Of a stretch of 64,000 nt of DNA, positions 1 to 12,349 are shown in pieces; position 1 is the first letter of the stretch; each line of letters begins with the position of its first letter. Location: NCBI RefSeq assembly GCF_001194135.2, contig NC_069003.1, positions 1,028,801 through 1,092,800 of the forward strand, given 5' to 3'. Both the position numbers and the translations under genes were made by a program. This DNA comes from Octopus bimaculoides (Eukaryota). The notes under the pieces were generated by a model. The model was not told the origin of the DNA. It saw only the letters and a list, made by a program, of their open reading frames with translations, and made no database searches.

Positions 1-144
1 CGTGAACATATGTGTGTATATATATATATATATATGTGCGTGAACATATGTGTATATTTATTGTACGTGTTTATAAGTATATATAAATATATGTGTGTGT
101 ATGTGTCTGTATCTAAGGACACACACATATATATACACGTCTTT

Positions 145-430
145 GGTAAGAAGCTTGTTTCCAAACCACACGGTTCTGGGTTCAATCGTATTACGTCGCA
201 CTTGAGCTATATATATATATCTGTGTGTGTGTGTGTGTGTGAGTGTGCATGTGTGTGTATGTGTGTTTTTGTGTTTATGTGTGTTCCCTACTACCGCTTC
301 ACGTATTTACTTTACCGTTTCTTCGCATTTTGGCAAAAGTGACTCCGATAAAATAAGTTGCAGGCTCAATCAAAAATAAATGCTGGGGGACGATTCGTTC
401 AGCTAAAAATCCCCGTAGGCGTGCCCCACC
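145..430 (+). mobile_element. tRNA-derived SINE, family A: head, internal TA/TG microsatellite, degenerate tail
   Basis: Head GGTAAGAAGCTTGTTTCCAAACCACACGGTTCTGGGTTCAATC (B-box-like GGTTCAAT) matches other copies at 25.4, 51.5 and 63.75 kb. After the (TA)n/(TG)n tract comes a tail CTACCGC...GGCAAAAGTGACTCCGATAAAATAAG...GGGGGACGATTCG matching the tails at 14.6, 35.3 and 38.1 kb. Confidence 0.75.
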
Positions 431-504
431 TTGGGTCTAATGACATACACAAACGAAGCAAAAATTTATATAAACATGAGACCTATTAAAATGTATTTGT
501 CCAA

Positions 505-586
505 GGAAACACTTGTCCAAGGTACCACGCATCGGTACTGAACCCAGAACCATGTGGTTGGGAAGCATGTCTCTTACCTAATACGC
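505..586 (-). mobile_element. SINE family A head fragment
   Basis: Reverse complement GGTAAGAGACATGCTTCCCAACCACATGGTTCTGGGTTCAGTACCGATGCGTGGTACCTTGGACAAGTGT aligns to the family A head. Confidence 0.75.
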
Positions 587-740
587 TGTCACTGGGCCAA
601 CTGCGTGTGTGACCGCATAATTACTGTATTGTGGGTATTTATATCGCTGAATATGTCTCTGAACGAGGTGAAGTTCACCATTGCGTTGTTCTTGTTGAAA
701 AACTGATGGATCAGTAGTCGCACAAGTATTTGCTTGAAAA

Positions 741-796
<56 letters not shown>

Positions 797-1689
797 TTTG
801 TGCGGTTTATTTCTTTAACCATTTTTTAAAGAAATAGCCTATTATTTCTTTAATCGTGTATTGCACCATATTTCATTCCTTTTATAAGAGTGATTATTTG
901 TCTGAATCGACGACCTTTGATGAATTGATAAATATGGTGGTGATAAATAATGGATAGATTTTACTTTAACCATTCCTGTCAACATGAAGACACTTATAAC
1001 ACGACGACAAGGAAATTTACAGTTATCAATGTTTATTTCGAATGTTACACGCCAAATACGTTGAAAGTTACGCTACATTTGCTGAATGAATTATACGACT
1101 GCGTGCAGTCCTACAGTTTATAAGCCCGACATCACTTTACTAGCCTATCCTAACAGCATCCAATGGGTTTTGTATAACACCTGGAGCAGAAAATGTCTAT
1201 TAGGTCAGGGGTTTCTGCTTAATATTTCTGCTTAGTATTCGCATGTGCTCTTGCGAAATTGGATACTTTTTCAGAGACTGGGCGGATGATAATCAATAAC
1301 TTGGATTTAAATGAAAAGAATTTTCCTTCTTTCACTGTAGCTCACACTGATGAGTCACAAGATTGCAGTTTGTTGGTTTATTCTATAATTATGCTAAGTT
1401 GGATCACCTTACTATTCATATCTTTGTTTCATCTTGTTTAATTTTTTTTTTTTGCTATATTATAATTATTTGTGACACTTATCTAAATTGTCTTCTCCGT
1501 CTTAAAGTGTGAGAAAAACTGGGTTTTTCTGAGGATGGACGTTACTGACACTTACGACTTTTGTTTTATAGATATATATATATATTGCTGCTTGTTTTTT
1601 TTTTTATAAGAATCGGTGATGGAATCATGCAAAAGATTGGAGTTAGTACCTCAGCTTCACTTGATTGTATAACTTGTTTTGTCGATGAA

Positions 1690-2065
1690 TAAAAAAAGTT
1701 TAGTGAAAAGTTTATTATCTTCACGTGAATGTTAAACTTACTTTTGAAATTATTTGTTCTGCTTCTGATTTCGATGTTCCTGATAAGGAGGTCATTTTCA
1801 AAGGTAAATACTTCTTTGTCGTCTGGTAGACATTTTCCGGGATTTAAATCTCATTTATCGCCACCTATCTCACATTTTCCTAAAACGTTCTGTTCTTTTT
1901 CAATACCATTCATGTTTGATATTACAATTTCCTTCATCACCTCCTATCTCAAACGATTTATCAGATTTTCGATGAGATGAGAGTCTTTTAGATATGGCCA
2001 CTTGGTTGGGATTGGGATAGTCTTTGTTCAATATTCTTTCGCTTACGTTTCTGTTCATTTCCTTT
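1690..2065 (-). mobile_element. Penelope-like element, decayed N-terminal ORF fragment
   Basis: Minus-strand translation across frameshifts gives KTIPIPTKWPYLKRL...ENLINRLR*...FENDLLIRNIEIRSRTNNFKSK. This resembles the recalled pre-RT region of Penelope-like elements (KNIPIP..YLK.L..K.E..I.RMRW; FENDL...I..I.FR...N.FQ.KL). It contains stops and frameshifts. Confidence 0.6.
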
Positions 2066-2695
2066 TATTTCGTGTGAAGTTTGTATCAGAAGGAACATGA
2101 TAGAGAGCCGCGAGGCAGGAAAATAAAACGAGAGCTGGCACTTAAAAAAAACAATGTGTTAGATTCATTAGGTATCATTGTTCCTTGGTGTACCGTGTGA
2201 GGTTCGGCACGCCTCTGCGTCTCGTAATCGACTGAAAGAGGATGAGGTACAATCTGCAATGTGATTTCGTAAAGCCTTCAACAGCAACGACAACCCAAGC
2301 AAACGCACGGGTTGATGGGTTGTTGCCTGAGTGGTGCAGAGGCAATATCCACCAGGCGTAGGGAATCACTAACCAATGGTGGATGCGGCGATGCCCTGTT
2401 ACAGTGGATGTCCCCATACCGCTGCCGCTGCTGTTATTACCATTTCTACAGCCGTCAGCATGGTGAACTGTTAGTAATTGCACAACAGGTTAGAAATATC
2501 CGTAGCTGTTGGTGTACAGTTGAGTCCTGTTATTTAGAGATACTCTTACCGCTAGTTTGGCAAATACCATGGAAACTATGATTCGTAAATGAGGTTTAAT
2601 AACATCGGAACCTGTAAAATTGTCTGTTGATTATAATTGTCTTTTACGTATTCTTCCGCTACAAATTTTTCAATACTTCTGTCATAAAATAAATG

Positions 2696-2728
<33 letters not shown>

Positions 2729-2736
2729 TGTATGTA

Positions 2737-2767
<31 letters not shown>

Positions 2768-2834
2768 TTTTCTTCTCTTACTATCATATACATGTTTATA
2801 TGTAAATATAAATATATATGCACACATGCATGCA

Positions 2835-2874
<40 letters not shown>

Positions 2875-3210
2875 TGTGTGTGTATGAATACATTTATACA
2901 TCCCTATATTTACGATCGACATATTTTAACGTCGACATTCTCCATGCTTGTATATCTCTGCTGCTCATTTGCCACAATCACGTGATGTCTAGACAACCGT
3001 ACACACCCCGCACGCCGCGCCCATATATTATATAAACACATGTATCTATGTGTACACACACTCATATATGCATATATATATATATCTATGCATATNNNNN
3101 NNNNNNNNNNNNNNNNNNNNNNNNNNNNNNNNNNNNNNNNNNNNNNNNNNNNNNNNNNNNNNNNNNNNNNNNNNNNNNNNNNNNNNNNNNNNNNNNNNNN
3201 NNNNNNNNNN

Positions 3211-3251
<41 letters not shown>

Positions 3252-3455
3252 TATATGCGTGTGTGTGTATGTGTGTGTGTGTGTGTGTGCGTGTGTGTGT
3301 GTGTGTGTGTGCGTGTGCTATATGATATTTTCATGGCATAGTCGATGTTCAGAAACCAAATCTAACTTTATGTAATTTATCTTCGTAATGTACATCGTAG
3401 ATCTCCCTAGTGACAATAACAGAAACGAAAGCATTGTAGCTGGTACTACTACTGT

Positions 3456-3510
<55 letters not shown>

Positions 3511-4180
3511 GCTACTAGCAATTGTTTCTCGTTTTGTGTATATTTTAGTATGATTTACAATGCCACGGTGGTCGATCGGCACAGATTGGCTAAAAATAAT
3601 TGGAGACGTTTTCCTCCTGGAAAATAACCATAGCGAGGGATATTCCACAGTTGAATTAGAACAGTCACAAACAGTGAAAGAAGACACGCACCCAACACCA
3701 GAGCTGAAGACACCTCCGAAAGGGGGTGGCCCCGCCACGTCAAAACGGTAGAGGAGTAGGGGCCGAAACCGGACGTGGTTCCTCCTGATGATGTCTTGAG
3801 CTAACTGGATCCTATAAAGGAGCTGTTGTGGTAGCAGACCACGAAACATGGTTGAAATTCCTCCACATGGAATTCAGAACCTGCTCCACTTCACCTTCCA
3901 CTCCATGTTTTGTGGAGCAGATAAGAGTATCTGCTTCTCACGTACAAAAGTCGATTGAATCGACAAAAGCTCTCCTCGCCTATTTCTTGTTTTGCGTTTT
4001 AAGGGCCTTGCCATATGTCTTCCCAGGTCTTTCAATTCCAGCTTCAAATACGGTTCAAGACTCATTTTTATTTTGGTTGGGGGTCAATAAAATAAAATGT
4101 CCATGGTTGGCCCTTTGCCTAAATCATAAATGATTATTATCATTATCATCATCGTCATCATTATTATTATTATTATTATT

Positions 4181-4660
4181 GTTCAGTAGTTTTATTTTTA
4201 TAACGTGCTTTCACTTCACTACCGAGCGCAGCTCTGTGCGCCTTGGGTATGTGCTGTGGTTTGCTGTGGTGCTTTTATGTTTACTGTATTGAAAGTGTTT
4301 TGCGTAGAATGTGTGCAGTACCCAGTAGTGCAATTTTCTGTATGTTACATATATTTGTAAGTCCTGGTATTTTTGTTATGTATTTGTCTGAGTATTTTTT
4401 TTATTATACCTAAGGCACCTACTATGATAGGAATTGTTTCTGTTTTTAGACTCCATATTCGAGTTATCTCTATTTCCAGGTCTTTGTATTTTGAAAGTTT
4501 TTCCATTTCTTTTCGAGAAACGTTGTCATCTGCTGGTATTGATACATCAATTAGAAAGCATTTTTTTCCTTCATGATCTTTGACAACTATATCTGGTCTA
4601 TTTGCCTTAATTTCTCTATCTGTGTGTATTGGCATATCCCAGAGTATGGTTATGATGCAA
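4181..4660 (-). mobile_element. R4/Dong-clade non-LTR retrotransposon 3' end (restriction-like endonuclease domain, 3'UTR, (AAT)n tail)
   Basis: ORF 4345-4635: (ILWD)MPIHTDREIKANRPDIVVKDHEGKKCFLIDVSIPADDNVSRKEMEKLSKYKDLEIEITRIW..IPIIVGALG carries the RPD..ID..P..EK..KY RLE signature. The C-terminus QKIALLGTAHILRKTLSIQ* is followed by a ~100-nt UTR and (AAT)n. Confidence 0.92.
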
Positions 4661-5659
4661 GGAGGTTGCCCAACCTACGAACTATAAGGCCGCTACCATC
4701 ACCACCAACAACTCCAACAATAAGAACGCCAACAGCAGAGCAAGTCTACTAAAGCCGGACTCCTACCGATTAGCGCTATCAGTTATTGTACGAGGACGGG
4801 AATATCATAGGAGAGAAAATCTCTATCATTCGCTCGTAGCGCACCACTCCAGCTTCAGGGACCTGAAACTGCCCCTGATGCATGCGGGAGAACGTAAGAG
4901 CGTGCATGCAATCGTTTGGTATCCATGCGTTAACGATTAGTGAATTTATGTTGAGCAACTCTTTCTCGTGCAAGACGAATCCAGTTGTTCGCAGAGTTTA
5001 TAGTGCAGATTGTGGCATCACGATCTTTCAATTGACAGAGAAATGAGGCAGATCTTTCTCTGGTTAGTGATTCTGATGAATTTGGTTGTGTGCTGGACCC
5101 GTCTGAAAAGCTTCGAGACTGGTTTAACCTGACTGGTTAAACTCTCTTTAATTTTTTTTTAAATAGAGAGGTGAGTGCTGCCTTCAAATCGGACCGCATA
5201 TGAGTGTGGTAAGTCTGGTGAGATTGAATGGATCTAATGTAAATGGAAACAAAGAAATTGGAAGATGGCACCTCACATGACTTTCAGTAATCTAGGATAT
5301 TTGGTGTGGAACTTTCCCCGAATTAATATAAATGCATTATCTCGCTACTGGAGGTTCGATACATTAAATATATATTTTACTAAGATCATTTATTTATCTC
5401 ATTGCTGTGATACTCGACTTTGATCGATGTAAAACCTCTACAGTCCTTAAATATGGTCGTCAATGTCATCATCATCATCATTATCGGCATCGTCGTCGCC
5501 GTCATCATCATCATCATCATTGTTATTGTTGTTGTGTGTGGTTTCTAGATGTCTTCAGTTTTTATCATCTGTCATTTTCAGCATGCACCCCCTCATTTTA
5601 CATCGTTTTTTATTAAAGTTCATTTATTTGATATAGTTACTATTCTTTCAGTTGTACTA

Positions 5660-5775
5660 TTTTCGGTTTGGCCCTTTTAAATCTCAATGCAAAACCCCTT
5701 CCCTTTCGTCTTGTAGTCTCTCTTTGTACTGTCACTTAATGTCTCGGCCCTCTTGGCCAATAAAATAAATTATTT
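5660..5775 (+). mobile_element. Possible LINE 3' tail remnant
   Basis: Pyrimidine-rich run ending in GGCCCTCTTGGCCAATAAAATAAATTATT; a similar ending lies at 4097-4140. No coding motif was found to confirm the clade. Confidence 0.25.
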
Positions 5776-5911
5776 TATTACTGTCGTCCGTCGATTTCTT
5801 ATCTTTCGTATTAACTGACGAGTGTTCTATAGTGATTTATGAGTTGGTTTATCGGCCCATTACAACAACCCTCTCGGGTGTAATAGAACTGTACGATTGT
5901 AGTAATTGCTT

Positions 5912-5951
<40 letters not shown>

Positions 5952-6117
5952 ACGCGCACATGCACTCACATATGCACTCACACACACGCACAAACACATG
6001 TACATATGGTTCATGTACGTACTTACGTATATATATATATTAATATATATATATATATATATACGTATGTATGTGAATGTACGCGTGTATTTGTAATCCA
6101 ACGTTCACACACAGAAG

Positions 6118-6216
<99 letters not shown>

Positions 6217-6724
6217 GCATATTGTGTGCATATATGTGATTGCAAGTACGTTTAATTATACATAAACACATATATAAATACATTTATATTTTCCAGTTAT
6301 GTACAAACACACACGCACAGGAACATCCACACTTAAAGATATCAGTTGCACAACTTGAAAGACGAGCGCATGCGCAAAGACACATTACACACAAACACAT
6401 ACAAGCATGTGTTTCGTGTATATGTGTATTGTTTATTTTAAAATCCCATGGATTGACAAGTTGTGACATAACGTATATTGGTTTCTGATATGGTAGTTGA
6501 CACGAGTATAAACACCCTGGAGTGTATATATATATTTATTCGGATGTAGTTTCATATTCTATGTTGCATATATACAAGTGTACATTTCTGTGTGTACATA
6601 TATGGAATGATATACAAGCACACCAGTACCTACATACATACATACATACATACATACATACACACATATGTATAAATATAAATACATATGAATAAATATA
6701 AATATGTGTGGGTGTACATAAATT

Positions 6725-6780
<56 letters not shown>

Positions 6781-6792
6781 CATACGCATACA

Positions 6793-7065
6793 GGCGTGGC
6801 TCAGTGGTTAGGGCATTCGGCTTACGATGGTAAGATCATGCGTTCAATTCCCAGCGACGCGTTGTGTCCTTGAGCAAGGCACTTTATTTCACGTTGCTGC
6901 AGTCTACTCAGCTGGCCAAAATGAGTTGTACCAGTAATTCAAAGGGGCCAGCCCTGTCACATTTTGTGTCATGCTGGAACTTTCTGAGAACTACGTTAAT
7001 GGTACACGTATCTGTGGAGTACTCAGCCACTTGCATGTTAATTTCACGAAACCAACGAAGTCCGT
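6793..7065 (+). mobile_element. tRNA-derived SINE, family C
   Basis: A box TGGCTCAGTGG, B box GTTCAATTCC, then GTGTCCTTGAGCAAGGCACTT...CACTCAGCTG-like central domain. A 3' module is shared with the element at 39.9 kb, and the head recurs at 60.55 kb. Confidence 0.85.
6797..6851 (+). promoter_or_regulatory. Internal RNA Pol III type-2 promoter (A and B boxes) of the SINE
   Basis: TGGCTCAGTGG (6797-6807) fits the A-box consensus TRGCNNAGYGG; GTTCAATTCC (6842-6851) fits the B-box consensus GTTCRANNC. Activity is unknown. Confidence 0.55.
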
Positions 7066-7089
7066 TTTTTCTATTATATATATATATGT

Positions 7090-7752
7090 ATAAAACTTAG
7101 ATATGTTTCGACCAAAGATTGGTCCAGGCCATATCTAACTTAATAGAAACACCTGATTGGATTATCTAAATCCTTTTTAAGTCAAGTTTTGTTTATGGTC
7201 CATTGAAGCAGTGAGTTCTTGGTGAGTGAGTTGTGTCCATTAATAGGTGGCTCATCTGGTATTCCTTGAAGAAATTTGTCCAGACTCCGTTTAAAGGCGA
7301 TGGGATCCTTTTCCTCTTTCATCAGTTTAGGGACAATATTGAACAGGGCAGGGCTTTGTGAGGAAAAGAAATTGTGTCGCAGTGTACCTATATGTTGCGA
7401 TCCTGAATTGGACAGGGGACGTATGGCCCGTGGTCCCAGCCTTGGATGAACCTTCAAACTAATATTCAGGTCATTTGGGCAATGCTGGCGGCATATTCTC
7501 CACATCGTACAAATGATGCACCGCTCGCAGCGGCGCTGGAGAGATAAGAGTTTCAAGGCTTTAAGGCAGTCCCAATAATCGAGATCAGTCATGCCCTTAA
7601 TTCTTTTAGTGAATGACCTCTGGGGTGATTCAATTTTCGAGATGTTTTGTTTTGTATGGGAAGACCACAGGGGGCAGCAGTATTCGAGGTGTGGCCGTAC
7701 AAAGGAGGAGAAAAGTGGAATGATGACACCGTGTTCTCTGGACCGGAAAAGT
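7090..7752 (-). mobile_element. CR1/L2-type LINE 3' end (post-RT C-terminus and 3'UTR), 5'-truncated
   Basis: Minus translation FRSREHGVIIPLFSSFVRPHLEYCCPLWS...QRSFTKRIKGMTDLDYWDCLKALKLLSLQRRCER...PALFNIVPK...FKRSLDKFLQGIPDEP..NSLLQW contains the RPHLEYC, L.SL..RR.R and FK..LDKFL motifs typical of the CR1/L2 group. Confidence 0.88.
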
Positions 7753-9024
7753 TCTTAGGATTCAGGAGCTCATTCTACGATCTACATCGACCTTATTGTT
7801 GATGTGGGAACTCCAACTGAGATTGTTGTCAGCAATTACATCTAGGACTCCATCGACCACAACATGTGTTCTATTCACCAGGATATATATATATATATAT
7901 ATATACATGTGTGGCACATATACAAACAAGGCTTGTTCTTCTCTGTGTTATACTATAGCCACTCTTTCACCATGCAGGTATGCCCACATGCACCTGTATA
8001 TATATTAAAGATGAAGGGAATCCATAGGATATCAGGCGGATGATCATAAAGCGGCTGGGATTCTATATTAAGGGGAGGGGATGCTGCAAGCGTTGTGTAG
8101 TTGAGCGAGCAAGGATCCTCAAAGACTCCCTGGGACCAGAATTACTAAATTCCCAGCAAGAAATTTATAATCTCTGCTTTTATTTCAAACGTTACCTTCT
8201 TTTCTTATGGGATAAAAAAAAAGGGGCCTTGCGATCGAATACTAATCTAAGCGCGGATTTCCGCGTTCACGTTTTTAACATTTTGGACTGGTCTAAGGGA
8301 GATAATCCGTCCTCGCCGACCTGAATCGTTTGGTAGCAGAATGTGTCTGTTTCTAAACATTCTGCTGCCGTCGTAATTGACACACAGGAAATTCTAACGG
8401 CATTCGGAAAGCAAATCATAAAGTTCAGATGTTATTTGTCTGCATCTCCTGCGAGTTTGATTGCAGTTAAGAGGGAGTCTATGTAACGAAAGGTTTTTTG
8501 TGTTCAAACCAAAGGCGGTTCTTTGGTTAAATGCTTTGTAGACTCTGTTGTTAAGGAAAGTAGAATTGGTCAACTAGCGAATTGTGACTAAATTTGAAAG
8601 GTGGTGGCTCTGCGTTAACCGTAGGCTGAAGATTAGGGGTGCAAGAATTAGGGGAGGCTGTCTATGAAAACGTTTTAAACACCCTGCGTGGAATCTGGGT
8701 TTGTGCCCTATAAACAAATTTCGTTTCCGCATTTATAACATGAGCCGGCCACATCTATTTGTTGAAGGTCAATTAACCACATGCAATCACTTACATAGAT
8801 ATGTGTGTATATCATTCATAAATTGGCAGGCTTTGAATGTCAGAGATTTTTGAGATAATTATTTTGACCACAATGTTAACGTAAAATTTCTGTCATGCAT
8901 AAATAAAACTGAATTTTAAGTTTTCATTGAAATATTTTTATTAAGGACAAATACTGTTGCCAAGAAATTTTTTTAAATTTCACTTCAACAAATATTTAAT
9001 TAGAAAATGACGATCGGCTTCAAA

Positions 9025-9232
9025 ATTTGATAATAAGGCCGCAAATTGGGGAAAAGGGGCTAATTCGATTACATCGCTCCCAGTGATCGACTGCTCCTTA
9101 TTCTATTGACCACGAAAATGATGACAAGTTAAAAGGTACCTCGGTGGCTTTAGGATTCAGAATGTAACATCGGACAAAATACCGCTATGTATTTTGTCCG
9201 GCGTGCTAATGATTCTGCTAGTTCGACGCCTT
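9025..9232 (-). mobile_element. tRNA-derived SINE, family B (Meta-domain-like core)
   Basis: Reverse complement GGCGTCGAACTAGCAGAATCATTAGCACGCCGGACAAAATAC...AAAGCCACCGAGGTACC...CATTTTCGTGGTCAATAGAATAAG...ACTGGGAGCGATGTAATCGAATTAGCCCC matches the copies at 39.2 and 42.6 kb. Confidence 0.75.
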
Positions 9233-9974
9233 ATTTAATTATAAAATATAATTACATTACAGGCAGCAGAATAAACAGTTCTATAGTGAAAGATTTTACA
9301 CACCTCAAACATAAATAGTTTCAAGTGGGAGCAGGGATAACATTCAAGGAATCGAAATAGGTTTACAGCAGATGAAACTGTTTAAAGACGGACTGCTTGA
9401 ATAACAAGTCGTCATCTTTTATGTTTGTTTTCTTTTTCTGTGAGTAATATTTTCGTAGCAATTCTCCTTTTAATGGTGTAGAAGTAAAACATACTCAAAA
9501 ATAAAACAAATCTTCATGTTTTTACTTTTATGTGGCATAGGGAAATCTAGTGAATAAATTGAATACATTTCCCGTTTTCATATTTTGTTTCTCGAAATAA
9601 AATGCTTGAAAGCCATCTTAATATGAGGAGAGAATGTGATAGATAGTCACACAGCCGGACGGACAGAAAGGCATGGTAGTTATAATATAGACGACTTCAA
9701 ACCTGAAGGACATATTTAGTAATATTACCCATGATATACAAATAGGCAGGAAGGTCAAGAATGGATACCTGGAGTTAAACGATAACAATAAAAGCAACGC
9801 GAATAAAAGCAACAAACAGCCAGACAAAGTAGAAAAACCAAAAAAATAAACTATTTCTAGACAATCTAGCCATGCCTGAAATTATAAACAATTCTCCTTC
9901 TACATTATTTACGCTCGTCTTTGCAATTTCTGAAAAGCAAAACAATAGAAAAAAAAAAAAAAACGCCTCTCAGT

Positions 9975-10183
9975 ACGTTTCTCCTTCAATACCTCTTTTT
10001 TCCTTTCTTTCTCCCTCCTCTCTCTCTCTCTCTCTTCCTCGCTATTTTTCTCCCTTTTTCTCTTGGCGTTTCAGTCTCTGTTTCTCTCTTCCGTTTTAAC
10101 ATCTTTTCTTTCTCTCTCTTTCCTTCTCTCTCTTTCTGTCTCTTTTCTTTTCTCTGTTTCCTTCTCTCTCTTTCTGTCTCTTT

Positions 10184-10233
<50 letters not shown>

Positions 10234-10400
10234 ATCCTTCCTTTGTTATTTTATTTATTCACTTCTTCCTTTTTATGTACGTTCTTTTCCTTGCATCACT
10301 CTTCCCTTATTTTTTGCTTATTTTCTTTCCTCTTCCTTCCTCTCCTTTTCCTTCTTTTTTTTCCTTTTCTTCCTTTTTCCCATTCTTTCAAATTCTTTTT
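9975..10400. repeat. Long polypyrimidine / (CT)n low-complexity tract
   Basis: About 400 nt of almost pure C/T including a perfect (CT)n at 10187-10230. Confidence 0.9.
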
Positions 10401-10789
10401 TTGTTTCTTTTTTTATAGCTCGTCTTTGTGTCTGATCGTCTGCGAGTTTATTTTCTTTTCCATAAATCTTTTCATACATATTTTTTAAAATGCTTTCCAT
10501 TACAAACAAATTATTTTTTTCAGAGCGAATATTTTCGTTGTTGATTGTGTGTTTGTTGTTGTTTTGTTGTTATCATTGTTGTTACTATTGTAATTCTCAT
10601 CCCATTGTTTTATTATTGTTGTTTAAGTATGTTTTGATCTTTTGTTTGTCGTTTCCACAAGAATGCCGCCATTTTTTCCCTTGTTGCACAATTCGAATCT
10701 GATTCTTTCTTTTCATGTAAAAGAGACAATGATAAAGCGAAATCATTGTCAATATTGTCGCTGGTACCAGGATCATGAACATGCTACTA

Positions 10790-10819
10790 TTCTTTCTCAT
10801 CATCATCATCATCATCATC

Positions 10820-10852
<33 letters not shown>

Positions 10853-10975
10853 GTTATCCTCGTTGTTGTTGTCGTCATTATCATTATCGCAACATACATT
10901 ATCACTCTCTTCATAATCCAATTCTTCTTCTTGATAAACATCATCATTTTCGTCCTCCTCCTCATCATCATCATC
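10790..10975. repeat. (ATC)n / (GTT)n compound microsatellite
   Basis: Directly visible; it generates the poly-His, poly-Ile and poly-Met pseudo-ORFs. Confidence 0.9.
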
Positions 10976-11149
10976 GTACTTTCCGTACTTTCCATCGTCA
11001 ATATTGAGGACATATTTTGAGTATATTTATTGAATTATTGTAATTATCATAATTAGTGTAATTCTTTTTTTTATACTCTTTAATTGTTATTGCTGTTGTT
11101 GTTGTTGCTGTTCTTCCTCTCATTTCTTGTTTTTTTTTTATCTCATGTT

Positions 11150-11905
11150 TGTTGTAACTAATGGAGTCTTGCATGCGTAGCAGGTTTGCTGCTTGCGGCC
11201 CACGGTGCCATGCGATCCGTCCTTTTCAGCTATGTAATACCTTCCTGAATATTCTGGCTATTCCAAGGAAGCAAACCTTTCGTAACAGTTCTACTGGGCA
11301 CTCTATTCCGATTTCCTTTATATTCCCCTTGATGCCATTTGATACTGTCCCCAAGGACCCAACAATAATGGGCACTATCTTCACCTTCTTTATTTTCCAT
11401 AGCCGAGTTATTTCGTAATTAAGACGGTTGTATCTATCAATCTTTTCGCTTTTCCTCTTGACTATTCATAGGTCAAAGGAGCATGCAGCATCAACTATAT
11501 AGCAAATGTGATGCACCTTGTCCATCACCACTAGGTTTAACATCTGATCTGTTTGGATTGGGGAGTCCCAAAGGATTTTGCTCGTTTCCGACTCAGCCAC
11601 TCTCAGCGGTTTGTGTTCATACCACGTCTTATCTTTCTCTACTCCCCACTTTTCGCACAGTTTTCAATGTAGCATGTTCGCTACCTGATCGATTCGCCAC
11701 AACTTGTAGTGGTTTTGGGCAGGACTAGGGCATTCGATCTTGATATGGACAATGCTTTCATCCACTCTATTGCAGACGCGGCACAGCGGAGACACTTGCT
11801 CATTCCTAAGGTTGACCCTCCGTCCGTGGCCAAAGATTGGTATTGCGCTTCCAATATTGTTCCCGGTTTCTTTTGTAGTATTTCCTTCATCAGTCAGTCC
11901 CAGCT
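11150..11905 (-). mobile_element. R4/Dong-clade non-LTR retrotransposon 3' part (zinc knuckle, RLE, 3'UTR), decayed
   Basis: Minus translation with frameshifts: W.LMKEILQKKPGTILEAQYQSLAT...VSPLCRVCNRVDESIVHIKIEC..AQNHYK..RIDQVANMLH.KLCEKWG...WYEHKP..KILWD...LVVMDKVHHICYIVDAACSFD..EKIDRYNRLNYEITRLWKIKKVKIVPIIVGSLG...LRKVCFLGIARIFRKVLHS*. Confidence 0.88.
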
Positions 11906-11948
<43 letters not shown>

Positions 11949-12349
11949 CCGTCGTTGTCCTTATCCTTATTAGTGGTGATAATACGTTTACTGCGTGTTT
12001 TGTTGTTCAGTCGAATGCATTTCTTCGTACGTTCGACACCTGCATTGTTTTGTTACTTTCTGTGTCTGTCTCATAAAATTATAACATTACTTGCCACAGT
12101 ATGTCCCCTCTCATATTTCGTACTATTTTACGTATTTTGTGGATATATTTCCAAGTTATTTTCTCACTTTGTTCTTTTTGTATGTGTTTAGTCTATCTTT
12201 GTAGTTTGTTCACATTTATTTTCAATTACTTTTTCACAGGTTACGTGTGTTTCTGTTAAACAGTGTTTCTTTTATGGTCTTTTTTCTATGACTGATGTGA
12301 TGGCACCGCGCTGGTTAGGCGAGCACGGACACCTTTCCCACGCCCTTCG

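Noticed and set aside
6793-6860. tRNA-like sequences with A/B boxes (also 12.4, 42.6 and 60.6 kb)
   Set aside because: No closed acceptor stem or complete cloverleaf; they continue into SINE bodies, so they are not tRNA genes.
8020-8150. ERARILKDSL resembling the R4 C-terminal GTARILRKVL
   Set aside because: A single short motif that needs frameshifts; not enough to annotate.
8335-8366. 10-bp perfect hairpin AGCAGAATGT/ACATTCTGCT (also a 9-bp stem at 47908-47928)
   Set aside because: Stems this short are expected by chance in 64 kb, and there is no terminator context in a eukaryote.
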